A DNA stretch of 64,000 nt from Vicugna vicugna (taxonomy: Eukaryota), in contig MU058824.1 in the NCBI GenBank assembly GCA_013265495.1, positions 4,119,111 through 4,183,110 of the forward strand, written 5' to 3'. The translations under genes and the position numbers were made by a program. Below the pieces are notes generated by a model. That model saw only the letters and a list, made by a program, of their open reading frames with translations, made no database searches and had not been told where the DNA came from. The stretch's first letter is position 1, and each line of letters opens with the position of its first letter. This document shows, piece after piece, positions 25,241 to 38,389 of this stretch.

Positions 25241-25260
25241 TCTTGCCACCTGGTGGCAGC
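25241..25260 (-). promoter_or_regulatory. CTCF-like motif
   Basis: Minus strand GCTGCCACCAGGTGGCAAGA matches the CTCF core CCASYAGRKGGC. Confidence 0.55.
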
Positions 25261-25315
25261 ATACCATAGTTTGAAAATTAGTAAAACCTTTGAGAATGTA
25301 ATTATAAACAATAAA

Positions 25316-25500
25316 GGACAGGGGAAGGAGGAGTTATTGCTAAATGGTTACAGGGTTTCTGTTTAAGGTAGTGAAAAAGTTTTGAAAACAGTGGTGGTTG
25401 CACAACATTGTGAATATAATTAATGCCACTGAATTATACACTTAAAAATGGTTAAAATGGTAAATTTTATGACTTGTATATTTTATCACAATTAAAAAAT
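25316..25500 (+). mobile_element. L1MB-like 3' terminus
   Basis: GGTTGCACAACATTGTGAAT..AATGCCACTGAATTATACACTTAAAAATGGTTAAAATGGTAAATTTTATG. Confidence 0.85.
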
Positions 25501-28500
25501 ACCGGGAAAGGTGGGGATAACCTCATGACAGTGTATGATAGCATACAAATACATGAGGAGATTCAGTAGTATGGTTCTTGTGAAAAGAACTATGTTTGTC
25601 ATGCTGTCTTCTTTTTGGGGAGAAAGACCTAGACTAGCTTTTTAAATCAGTGAGCTTCTAGAATTTGAACAGCAAATCCACGGTAAATTGTTAAGAGAAG
25701 TATTTGTAGAGGTGATCCAGGTATCAGATGGGTGTTTTAACTACTTTATCTTGTTTAAGTCTATTTCAACCTAAGATAATCGTATAGTCAAAACTTTTTG
25801 GTGGCGGAGGGCGTGGGTGTAGGTACTTTCTGGAGAACGTTGCAGATTACAAGAAAACATGTTTAGTGTTTTAGATGCTCTGAGTTTCAGAGCTGTGTAA
25901 GAGGTCTTAACGTTATTTAGTTCAACCTCTTTTTAAAAAAAATGTGAAACTGAATTCCAGAGAGATTGGCTTGAACAAGTACCACACAGGTAGGCAGTCA
26001 GTGGTAGGGCTGGGCTCTGTACTGTACCATCACTGCTTTATAGCATGTCTAGAGACAGGACTAGTTTACTCATTCTGCTTTATCCCTTTTCTCATGTTCT
26101 TTTTCCTGATAAATGTGAGGTTCAGTTATCAAAACTAAACTGGTAACCAGAAAACTAAATCAACTAGAATATATGGTTCCTCTGAGGAGTCTGCTTGGGA
26201 AGGTTTTGCTATATTTGATCATTTCAGCTTGCATTTTGCATAATACTTTGAAATAGTTTATCACAATAAACACAGATCTAGTAACTGCAGGGAGGTGGTT
26301 TGGATTATTAGATCACTGGCCTTGGCTTTTAAGATTTCTTCTGCCCTGGCTCTGCGATAAACTTTCTGTATGTCCTGAGACAATTATCTTCTCCTCAGTG
26401 GACCACAGTTTTATGCTAAGTGGAAGAGTAGAGGTTGATTAGATGAGCTTTAAAGGTAACTTTCAGCACTGCCATCCAGAGCTGTTAAGCTGAATGTAGG
26501 CTTCAATACCGAAGTGAAGAATCACCTTCTTCCATGCTTTTAGCTAAAAAGAATCCACAGGGTAGAAGCTGCCTCTTGGTTGCCCATGACAGTAATTATG
26601 CATGTAGTGAAAACAAACCAGTTACGAAGTTTACATGAGTGAATTTTTATTTAGGTCTCAGTACAGTTAATAAATTTTTTGAATGTTGAAATCTCAAGCT
26701 TCTTCTTGGCCTATGTCCTAAGGTTATTGGATTTGAAAAAAAAAAAAAGTAAATGGTAGTTGCAAGACCACTTCCTTTCTGTGTTTGCATTTCTGTTACT
26801 TATTCAGTAGTTATTTTGAATCCCAAGTACACTAAGAGGGCTCAAGAATTCAGTCTGTAGAATACTAGTATTTTCTTTGCTTCTCTAGGGACTTACTCCT
26901 TTCCTTGGCTATTTATTTTAGCAGGTCATTTGTTACTTAACATTTTTTAGCATCACATATTTCCAAATGCCCGCACATCTAGGGCTTGAAGTATGTAGCT
27001 ATTTATTGCTAATTTGAAATCCTTCAGAGACAGCAGAATTTTGGTTAGAAATTTGTCTTCTGAGTTCATAATGAGTTTCATGTCTTTTCATTCAGAAGTG
27101 TTTATTTACCTGTTATGTGCCCAGTGCTGTGCTGGGCTTGGTATAGCAAAACAGTAAGTCTTGGCTGCTGCTCTCAAGCAGCTTTTGGTCTGGAAGGAGA
27201 AGCAAAGCGTTGTGGTGTGTTTTGACGTGTTCTGCAGAGGTCTGTGGCAGCACAGAGGAAAATCTAGATCATGCTATTTAGTCTCAGTGGTAAGACTCTG
27301 GAGTCAAAATTTCTAGCCACACTTAGTCACAAGAGCTTAATCAGTCTAACTTGATGTGTACGTATTTAAACTTAATAATTAACAATTTTTAGATTTCATT
27401 TTTATTTTAATGCAAAGAAATAAACAGTTGTTTCCAAACCATTATTCCAGATTTTCTTTCTAAGAAGCACAGCAGGAGGCAGCGGGGTGGAGCATTTCAT
27501 ATAAAATGTTTTACTGAATTCATATTGTCCTCAACTCTTAAGAGATTGTCAGGAAAATCCTCACTATGTATATGAGCCGTTTATATTAACTCCTTGCCCT
27601 AAACTCCAGGAATGGAAAATAACCTTCATGTGATAAAAATCAGTCTAACGTTGCCAGAGCCTACTCTTGAAGGGCAGAAGTCCTGCCTAGAGGCTGTTGA
27701 CATGTTAGGACTTTGCAGGGCTAGCTCACAGAGCAGCTCTCAAAGATGAGTGAGGTCCTGTTGTGCATGTGGACCATACAGAGCAGCATGTGAGTTTCTA
27801 GTGCATCACAAAGCTTGGTAGACTTTTCTGGGCAAGGACCAAAAGTTTAGGGGAAGGGGAAGGAGGAAGACAAGGAATGGATTAGAGCAGAATGAGCCTG
27901 GGAAACTTGATAATTCAAGTCCTAAATGTACTTTGTGGGACTGGCTCATGTTATACTTCAAGGTGAAGTGTTTCAAGCTTGGATGAGAGCTGAAAGGGAA
28001 AAGAATTTCAATACATCTTTTCCTAGGCTGTCATTTCAGGTGACATGTTGAAGCTGTGAGTTGTTTTTGTAAAGAAACATGTTCGCTGCTGGTGTTTGTT
28101 ATTTTGTGACACTTCTTGAGATCAGCTGACACTCAAAAGTACCGAATTGAAAACTTGGTTCAAGTAGTTGTGGCCTGGTTTTCAGAGAGCCACATGCCTC
28201 TTTGCTTAAGGAGAGTCTTTCAGTAGTTGGTTCTCTCTCTCTCTGTCTCACCTTCCTCAGGTCTTCCTGGTTTATGGTTTGACTCCCTTGTCTTAGCATG
28301 GATTGTTTTACTTACCCTGCCTCTCATCCCAACTCCATAATTTATTTGTAAGCATCTCTGTACCAATGTAGTAGGCTCCATTGCTTTGATACATATGGCA
28401 ACCATTTATCCAGTCTCAAATTGTGTATGCATTTGACAGAGTATTTCTTGATTTATGAAACTATTAGTATGAAAAAGAATGGAGTAAATGATAATTAAGT

Positions 28501-29526
28501 CCCTTTAACTATGCAGTTAACAAATAACCATTATGGAAAAGAAAAAAATTACATGAAATCATATTCTCTCAAAATTGGGGATTCATGGCCATGATACCTA
28601 CTTTGTATGTCTATTGTCTGTTTCTCTAACCATGTTCAGTTTCTCTGCCATGTTCAGATTTTCTCAGCAAGCATCTCATGTTTAATTTCTAACCACCTGG
28701 AATTTTTTTGGTTGTTGTTCTTTGTTTCTACTTGATGTTTCTTGTTGATAAGGTGCCTTTAGGTGTTCCTAAGTCACGTCATTTGTGTGTACCCTCTCTG
28801 TCATTGTAGGATGGAAGCATCTTGTCATAACATGCTGTCACATGGTAAGAAAGAGTGAGGTGGTCCACCCTTATGGATGCCAAACCTTGGTAAGGCACCA
28901 TGTGTCCTGGGTCAGCTAGTGTAGTCAAAGATTGGTCTTTGAAGAATTTACTGGGGCCTGAGGAATAATGGATTAACCAGAGTATATCATAAGTGATCTC
29001 CAGAGATGGCTATGAAGAGAAAGAAGAATGATTCTTAAAGCTGCAGTATGAAGTCAGCATTTAACATTAATAGCATTTGGTGGGGGTGGGGGAAGGGAGA
29101 GCATTCCTTTATTTAAATTTTACTCTAAACTTTTTTCTTCTGAAAAACTAAACTATATAATTGTATTATTTGTAAAGCTGTTGATTTTAGTCAAGGATAT
29201 GTAGAACATTTTATTAGATTAGCAAGATTTTCTGAACTACACATTCCCTGAGTTCTCAAAAATGGCAGTTTACTGAAGTATTTTGCTGCAAAGTAGCTTC
29301 CGGCTTACTGTCTCTTCCAGGCCTTTATTCCGTCAGTGAATTTCTAGTGAACTGAATTCTTTGGACACTTTTCAGTCTTGATTTTAAGTTGAACTTCCTT
29401 TTTATCACTATTTTTGAAATCCTGCTCCTTTGTTCAGTGAACTGTTCTGTCCTGATCATTCACTGTCTCTGTTTAGTATTCCTATTTAGGTGCTTTGGCT
29501 GCTTTTTCTTTGTTTGTGCCTCAAAT

Positions 29527-29900
29527 CAGCAACGGCAAACTGGCAATCTATGGTTCAAATTTGTTTTGCTAACATGTTTATCTGGCCCTCAAAGTGTTTT
29601 GAAAATGTTTATAGTAGTTGCCAGTAATAAAAATACAGTATTTTACATTAAGAATCTGAATGTAGCCTTTGGGGGGAAGTGCCCTGGCTGCACTGGGTGG
29701 CCGTGATCCTCAGAGCTGCTTCTCTGAGAGGGGCACGTGTTTGCTCCGGTGGCCTTGGCTCCTTCCAACGATGTATGTTAATTAAGACTTTTTATCTGTA
29801 GTGATTCCTAACTCATTTGAGTCTTCTGTGTCCCAGCAGCTGAGTGGTTGTCATTATGTGCATATAAATGATATAAAGATTGAATTGCTTTGTTTTTACT
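29527..29900. mobile_element. Old hAT-Charlie (MER-type) DNA transposon relic
   Basis: GGCAAACTGG..TGGCCC..GTGTTTT..GTTGCCAG..TTTTACAT..AATCTGAAT resembles this class; subfamily uncertain. Confidence 0.45.
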
Positions 29901-32499
29901 TTTCAATAAAAGTGTATAGCTGCACTGTCAGTTTTCTCACTCTGGCAACTTTCATAACTTTGCTTTAACGCCTTATGTAAAACCCTGTCTTTGAGTTTTA
30001 TACCATATTGCCCTTTACCCCTCTTTCTTTCATCCTGCTCCCCTCAAGTCATGAGAGATTTTGTCATCTGGTTCATAGTGTTGTTGTCCTCACTCTTAAG
30101 TATTGCCGTCTCTATGTCTGTGGACAATCCATTTAATATGCCACCCTGCCCTCTAGGAGTGTAAAATCTACTTGGAGATAATACACATAGTAAGTACGTA
30201 AAAAAGACTTAAGTAAAAATAACATTTTAAGGCATCTATAAAAGAAGTGGCCTAGGTCTACGGTTGATAAATTCCTAATCAAATTACATAAGTAGTTTTC
30301 TGAAGGGCAAAAATCTCTTTTAGCCTAGATTCATGTTTCCAGTTGAGGGACATCACTGCTTGTATTCCCTTGGCCTATCTTTGTCCCAGGGAGGAGTGGC
30401 TGATCTTACTGGAGAATTTAGGCAAAGAACTAGTCGGGGCCTAACTCTCAGTCCTTTTTCTTTTCCCTTTCCTGGGGAGCCAGCCACTGGTGTCTGTTTT
30501 TCCAGGTTCTCCAGAAACAGCTCCATGTGGGGAAACCTGTGATATTGTGACTTTGACTGTGATTAGATGGGTGAGTTGGCTCAATTCTGGGGTGAAGTTT
30601 TAGGAAGTTTTAGGAAGACATTGTTGCTATGCCTTTAAGTTACATTTTAAAAATATGGGCTTTATCTACAATAAAGTCAACAGTTCGATCTCCATCTCTT
30701 TGACTTTTCTGTCTTATTTCTCAATTATTCCAGAAGTAGGTGGGTAGATAGATGGAAGGAAGGGATTTTAGTTAATGATCCCCTAAACCCCAATAGTAAT
30801 CTGCTAAAAAGTTCATAGGGAAATTATTCTTTCTAGCTTTTTTGAGGTTTGAGCTGGGTGTTGAGAGATGGCAGAATTCAGATAGGATTTTAAAAGTGTG
30901 TTGACTTGAGAAAATTCAGGCAGATAAAGGTGAGTTCAAAGAACAGGAAATTGATAGCCGGCCTAAGTAAAGGGCTTTGGTAAGATGTTGACAGTGATGA
31001 GACTAGGAAGGTTGGCCAGGGCAGATTACATAGGACTTTGAATGCCTAATTAGAGGAATGTGACTTTTTTATCTTTAAGTAGCAGCAAGCAGTTGGTGGT
31101 TTCTGTGTAGGAGGATGATAATGTTAAAGAGATGTGTTAGGAAAGAGTTTTATGAATTGATGTTTTAATATAGTATAATACATAAAAGAACATATTATCA
31201 TTAGTGGCTAAGAGCAGGCTAACATTCAGTGGTAACAGATAATAGGGGACAATCTAATGTTTGCTGTAAATCATTTTGGAAGTAAAAATGATTTAATATG
31301 CCAGGAAATAATTTTCTTGAAGGTAGTCATTCCTTAAGTAGCTATGATTTCTTTGAACAGAAGGCCGCTTCACAGGTGAATTTAGATGAATTTGAAGTCA
31401 TCCTTCAGCGTTAGTATTAACTTCCCAAAACAAGCCTTTTTGAAGGTGGTATACAAGTTTTTTATTGAGGAGTGTGTTTATGAATATATGTTGGACCGTT
31501 TGTAGTGTCTGGCAAAATAAAATGAGGTGAGAAAAATAGTTTTGGAATCCATCCAAGGTGATATAATTCAATATTAAGAAAGATTTGGCAAAGTAATTTA
31601 GTAACCCTGAACAAGTAAGAATCCTGCTAAATGAAATTACATAAATTACATCTTTACTTATCCGCTGACATTCGTGGAGAGGTTGGCTGTATGGCATATA
31701 AATAGCTGAATTCACAGTAGGTACCTACCAGTATGGGCAAAGACCATTTGTTGTAACCTCAGTAGTACAGAATGAAGTAGAGGAGGGTACTCCTTCCCCT
31801 GAGCTTTTTCCTTCTCATTACTCTCACTTTTTCCTCTACCCATACCAACACCCCATTCCCCACCCACTAGCCCCTATTGTGGTTAAAGAAGCCATGCCCA
31901 GCTTTGCCTTGGCTGTGTTAGGTTGGCTGGCAGATGGAGCCAAAAATAAATCTGCTTGTGGGGTTTTCAGGACTGGCAGACCATGAGCTACTTTAGGAAA
32001 AAAATGTTTTGGGTAGAAAGGTTAAATTGGTATCTGAGATTATATAAGTGTTTTGTATAAGTAGTTTTTATTTTAACTATACAAGTAATACTTTTTCTCT
32101 CTTGTTACTAGTTTTCAAGTTTGCAAGTAGTGCTTGTAATTGAAGATGGAAACAATACAAAATATGTAAATACCCCCAGTCCCATTATCCTTTTCAAGGA
32201 TAATTACTGTTAATAGTTTGTGTATAACCCCAGATACACTGGACCTTTTTATATTATTGTTCTGCAGCTTGCTTTTTTTCACTTAACAATGTATCTTGGT
32301 GGCCCTTCTGTGTCAGTAACTTTCAGGAGGGCTGTATAGTAAGTATATCATAGGAAGGAACAGCAATGATTTATTTAACCTATGATGGATACGGATAAGA
32401 TCTTCCCCATTGCAGACTATGCCAGACAGTTTCTGGAGGTCTAGAGAAAGGAGGTCGTTACTTTAACTTTTCCCGTATAAGATTAACCACTTGTTAACC

Positions 32500-32710
32500 T
32501 TTTTAAAAATGCCAGACACAGTGCTAAATTCTTTACGTACATCATATAAACTTTGCAACAACCTGTGTTGTAGGTGTTACACCCCTTCCCAAAGCAGGGA
32601 AAAAAAATTGAAGCTCACTTTTCCAAGGTCTCACAGCTTATGAATGGAAGAACAAGGATTAAAAACCAAAGCCTGTCTTATCACAAAACCTTGCTTCTTT
32701 TCCACTTCTC
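32500..32710 (-). mobile_element. MIR SINE
   Basis: TGCCAGACACAGTGCTAA..ACAACCTGTG..CCAAGGTCTCACAGCT. Confidence 0.65.
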
Positions 32711-35429
32711 ATTTCTTGTTTTAAATATATTATTAGCAAGTAAAATGTTTTGTTTTGTTTTGTTTTGTTTTCTGCCAGTGATGTTAGAATTAGTTTGAAT
32801 ATAATTTTTGTGTTCTATTTAAAATTCATTTCTTGTTTATTTGTAGTTCTGTAGTTTTACTTTCTATTGCTTTTCATGCATAGCTCTATTCTGCATAGAT
32901 TTGAAATACAGCAATGTGAAGTGGCCCCTATGACTCATTTTACCTCCTATTCTAGTTTGTGGGCTAGAGAGTAGTTGATATAAATGTCCATGTAGCAGTA
33001 TTCAAAACTGAGAGAAATGTCTAGTAATATTTCTTAAGCTTCTGACATCTGTGCTGTAAAACTTACCTCGTGTGTTGCTTCGCCCTCCCCCGGGCCATGG
33101 CACTCTAAGGTAGTGAGAGCAAGAGGAAGTCTCTCCCCAGGCAGGCCTCTTACCTAGCCAGCTGGGTGAGCGGGAGGTTTTCCCTCTCAGTGAGGAATGG
33201 CGTTGACACTTCCCCCGCCCCCTACCTCTTTGGCTTCTGGAAGGTAAAGAGGTAAATGCATGGGAGAATGAGTGTTGCTTTCCTACCTCCGGGCCTTCTG
33301 CTCAGGGCAGTGAAAGCGCTGCTCTGTACTGTACTCAATGTCCTGAAACTGTTCTGCTTGTAACTGTATTGGAGTGACGTGGGGAGGAAGGAATCTTGAA
33401 CATTTGGTTATAGAGTAGTGAATCTTAACTTTTTGACAATCCTGGACTGCTATGAGGATTTGTTAAAAACTACTCACTGTATTGCCTTTGCACTTACAAT
33501 CTGAAGTAAACCATCTTGACACGCTATTTTAGGGTCTTTCTCTGATATTTAGGCTTTCTTCCTCTTCCTCAGTTGAAAGCTGCCTGAAGGTGGGACCATC
33601 TTTTTGCTGCTTTTACCCTCCTTCCAGCACCAAACTCAGTCTGACAGGGAGTAGCACTGATTGGCTTATCACTCATCAGGTGATAAGTGAACACTTTATG
33701 TTAGAGTGTTGACTGTAGAAAGCTTTGAACTCAGGTGGAAAGGATTAGTTACACAGATCGAAGACAGACATTTTACAACCAAGGATGTGTGAATAATTTT
33801 CGGTGAGATACAACAGTAACTGACCAAGCTTAGGCAGATTTTCCTCTGAGTTGATTTTACTTATTGGTATTTGTACTTGGGTTCACTTGCATCATCACAG
33901 ATAACCAAGCTTTGATATAAGAAGATATTTTAATTGTAAGATTTGTTAGGAAAAAAAAAGCAGATAGTATACATATGACCCATCTGATGCTGTGTGAAGA
34001 GTGGCATCTATGATAATAAGATTGACACATGAATTCTTACTCTTTCTGCCCTGCTCAGCTGAAATGCCAGGAGAAGGAGAGAAAGCCTGGCTTCCTGCCA
34101 GTGCAGCCTCAGTGACCTTGTTAAGTAGCCATTCCTATCCTATTTGCTTCCTCAGTGTTTCTCTGTAGGGGCAGCAAAGGGAAAAAGGAAGGGCCTGACT
34201 TTTTGCTTCTCTGGTGGTAAAAAACTGCTTTCTCTCAGAATTAGCAAGTCAAGAAACAAATGTCAAAGATTACTGGCCCAAGTTGCCATGACAAAGCTAG
34301 AAGATGGATAATTATTCATTTTTATATTATTTATTCTCATGTTCCGATTCTTTAGTGCTGATCTTATTGTGACTGTTTCCTGCTATTGATTATGCTTCTG
34401 TAAATTAGTGTATTTCCCAAACATATAGGAAGAAAAAAAATGGATGAATCTAAGATGATAATTTAGAATATGCTGTGTAAGTCTGATTACTATTTTAATA
34501 TTGGGCAGTCATCTCTCAGAAAAGAAGTTGAGTGGGTTTAGCTCTTTCCCAACTGAACTGAGCTCTCTTTTCATTTAGGTTATGAGTTTAATATCAGCTT
34601 TCGCATGGAGATCATTTGTCATCCCCACATACTTTACAGGGAACTTTTCCAGTTTTTTACTCTTCTACTCACTCCTCATGTTTTTGTTACCTTCCTCATA
34701 AAAACAAAACAACATCCTGCTACTACTTAGGAATGATACAAGCCTAATTTCAGTGGAAGATTCATCTGCAAAATGTTATCACACAATTGGGAATATACAT
34801 GCAGAGAGTACCCTTAGCATGAGGAGCTGACAGCTTCGAATGGAAAGCTTTATATTTAAATGAATTGCTTTGTGATTTTGATGTTTTTTAGGAAATAAAA
34901 ATCTGCAAGTCCTAGTTGATAAGAAAACAGAATTGCAAAGAAATAGATTATATTTGTTGCCTAGAAAACTACTATCCTTAGAGCTTGTCTATTTCTGAAA
35001 TTTTGATGACTATCATTTTGATACAAACACAGACTGTGACATAATTATGTTGGAGTACTGGACGAGATAGGAGGTGGAACGAGAGGGATGGAAGAGTTTA
35101 GTTCTCTGATAGCATGACAGAAGCTCAATAAACAGCTCATAAAATTTGATGACCAAGAAATAATCATATAAGCACATTATGCAGGAAAATTGAGGTCAGT
35201 ACTGGAGAAAATATCTGTAAGATTTGAGGATACTTGCCTCTGGGAAGGGAGACTAGAGACCAGGGAAAGGGGGTTAGTGGAGTTCTTTTTTTTTTTTTTT
35301 ATCATAAACCACTTCATTCTTCAGTTTATTTTATAAACTTAGGTACATGTATTACTGTTACATGCTGGTATTTCACAGAATTGACTGGGAAATGCATCTT
35401 TATGGAATTGGTTAAAATAATAAGGTAAA

Positions 35430-35533
35430 TGAAAGGCAGAGACCTTGTCTTATATATTTATCCCCTGTCCCTAGTGTCCAGGATAGACCTGACACAGAGT
35501 GGGAGTTGGATAAATATTTATTGAATGAATGAA
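35430..35533 (+). mobile_element. L2 3' terminus
   Basis: GAAAGGCAGAGACCTTGTC..CCTGACACAGAGT..TAAATATTTATTGAATGAATGAA. Confidence 0.7.
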
Positions 35534-36525
35534 ACAGTTGCAGAGATGAAATTTCTGGAGAATGAATGAGATTAGAATCTTCAGGATAGAAGGCAAATGG
35601 TCTTTACTGAGCTGTAAGCTCTATAGAGCAGAGTCTTGCTTGCTTTTTGCTGTGTCTTGTACATAGGTGTCTGCTACAGAGCACATACTCAATAAATGCT
35701 TTAAAATAAGCCATTCAAGCATTACAGCTCTGAGAGTGAGAAGGAAGGGGACTTCCCCCAGCTGTGTCTTGTTGCATCTATCCAGTTGTAGTGTGCTGCT
35801 TGCCTCACTTGATTGATTCCTTTACTAGGCATAAAATCAGTTATTCAGTTGCACAAAGTCTTTATATATTCGGTAAATTTTTTAGTGAGGCTTTGTATGA
35901 ACAAAACTTGGCATTAGCATATTTATAACTGCTCAGGTTATAAATATGAATAAGTCTCAGTCTCTAACTCCAAAGAAAATGTAGTCCAGAGGGGAATATC
36001 AAATTTATCTATATTTAACTATTATATACAAAACATTATGAGGCCTAAGCAGCTTGTGTGGGAGAAAGGAAGGTGTAATTAAATCTCACAGGGGCAGCGG
36101 GGTTGGGGTAGTGGGAGGGTAGAGAGACTGATAGAAGTGTAGACTAGAGAAGGGAGAGGATGAATCAGGAAGGCTTCCTTTCCTTCCTTCCCCGCATCCC
36201 TTCCTTTATTGTCCATAACTCTTATTTCCTTTCTGCCTTCCTTTGTTTCTGCATTTACTTACTGCCTGCTATGAGCCAGGAAACTCCGTGCTAGAAAAGA
36301 TAAATTAAGGAACTTATGGTCTGATGGTTGGAGAGACAGACATGTAACCAAAAAATTACAGTATGATGAGTGCAAGGAAAGAGTTCTGGCAAAAAATTAA
36401 GGAGTTAGGCAATGTCTCACAGGCAAATCAGCAGCCTTGGTTTGAACAGAAGTGTTAATTATAACACCATTTCTTGAATTGCTTTGTCCCAGGCAGTGTG
36501 CTGTGAGCATTTTCATACATTTAAT

Positions 36526-38197
36526 CTCTTTTTTCCCTTTTTAAAAATTTTATTTTTATTTTATTGAAGTATAGTCAGTTTACAATGTTGTGTTAATTTC
36601 TGGTGTACCGCATAGTAATTCATTCATATATATATTCCTTTTCATATTCTTTTTCATTATAAGCCATTATAAGGTATTGAATATAGTTCCCCATGCTATA
36701 CAGTATGACGTTGTGTATCTGTTTTATATATAGTAGTTAGTATCTACAAACCCCAAACTCCAGGTTTATCTCTTCTCACTCCTTTTCCCCTCTGTTAACC
36801 ATAGTTTGTTTTTTAAGTCTGTGAGTCTGACTCCGCTTTGTAAGTAAGTTCCTTTGTGTCCTCTCACTTTTTTTTTTTTTAAGATTTCACATGTAAGTGA
36901 TATCAAATGGTATTTTTCTTTCTCTTTCTGGCTTTCTTTACTTTTTATGACTATGTCAGATCTATTCATGTTGCTGCATGGCATTATTTTATTCTTTTTT
37001 ATGGCTGAGTAATCTTCCATTGTATAAATATACCACAACTTCTTTATCCAGTCATCTGTTGATGGACGTTTAAGTTGTTTCCATGTCTTGGCTGTTATAA
37101 ATAGTACTGCTATGAACATTGGGGTGCATGTGTCTTTTTGAGTTAGAATTTCCTCTGGATATATGCCCAGGAGTGGGATTGCTGGGTCATATGGTAAATC
37201 TAGTTTTGATTTTTTAAAGAATCTCCATAGTGTTTTCCAGAATGTCTGCACCAATTACATTCCCACCAACAGTGTAGGAGGCTTCCCTATTCTCCATAGC
37301 CTGTCCAGCATTTATCATTTGTGGACTTTTAAAAGATGGCCATTCTGACTGGTGTGCAGTACTCCCTCAATGTAGTTTTGATTTACATTTCTCTGATAAT
37401 TAGCAATATTGAGCATTTTTTTCATGTGCCTATTGGCTATTTGTGTGTCTTCATTGGAGCAATGTTTGTTTAGGTTTTCTGCCCATTTTTTGATTGGGTT
37501 CTTTGATTTTTTTTTGTTGTATTATGTGGGCTGATTGTATATTCTGGAGATTAAGCCTTTGTCAGTCGCATCATTTGCAAATATTTTCTCCCACTCCATA
37601 GGTTGTCTTTTTGTTTTACTTATGGTTACCTTTGCTGTGCAAAAGCTTATAAGTTTAACTGGGTTCCTTTTGTTCATTTTTGCTTTTATTTCTATTACCT
37701 TGGTAGACTGCCCAAGGAGAACATTGCTAAGATTTATGTCAGAGAATGTTTTGCCTATGTTCTCTTTTTGGAAGTTTATGGTATCTTGTCTTATGTTTAA
37801 GTCTTTAAGCCATTTTGAGTTTAATTTTGTGTATGATGTGAGGTAGTGTTCTAATTTAATTGATTTACATGCGGCTGTCCAGCTTTCCCAACACCACTTG
37901 TCAAATAGACTGTCTGTTCTCCATTGTATATTCTTGCCTCTTTTGTCAAAGATTAATTGACCATAGGTGTGTGGGTTTATTTCTGGGCTCTCTATTCTGT
38001 TCCTTGATCCATATGTTTGTTTTTGTGCCAGTATCACACTGTTTTGATTACTCTAGTTCTGTGGTATTGTCTGAAGTCTGGGAGGGTTATTCCTCCAGCT
38101 TCATTCTTTTTCTTCAGTATTTGGTGATTCTGAGTCTTTTGTGATTCCATATGAATTTTAGGATTATTTGTTCTAGTTCTTTGAAAAATGTCCTGAG
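36526..38197 (-). mobile_element. 5'-truncated, relatively young L1 (ORF2 C-terminal part + 3' UTR + tail), frameshifted
   Basis: ORFs 37522..38037 (NRIESPEINPHTYGQLIFDK..KWCWESW) and 36766..37254 (LPYDPAIPLLGIYP..DTCTPMFIA) are L1 ORF2. Perfect TSD CATACATTTAAT at 36514-36525 and 38198-38209. Confidence 0.97.
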
Positions 38198-38209
38198 CAT
38201 ACATTTAAT

Positions 38210-38362
38210 TTTAATAATAATCCTCAGAACAGCTCTGTGAAGTAGATGTAAGTAGATATTACTGTTCCCACTTTAGAGATGAGGAGCACATGTGATTTGT
38301 TAAATGACTTGACAAAGATCACATATTAGTAAATGACTGAACTGTATGTCTGACTCCAGGGT
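38210..38362 (-). mobile_element. MIR, remainder of the element split by the L1 (other part ~36470-36525)
   Basis: TAATCCTCAGAACAG..CCCACTTTAGAGATGAGGA..TAAATGACTTGACAAAGATCACA..TCTGACTCCAG. Confidence 0.7.
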
Positions 38363-38389
38363 TCATTCTACTCAAGAAACAACCAGAGG

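Noticed and set aside
36766..38037. 171-aa and 162-aa ORFs as a host gene or active reverse transcriptase
   Set aside because: Broken C-terminal L1 ORF2 in a 5'-truncated copy lacking ORF1, endonuclease and RT core.
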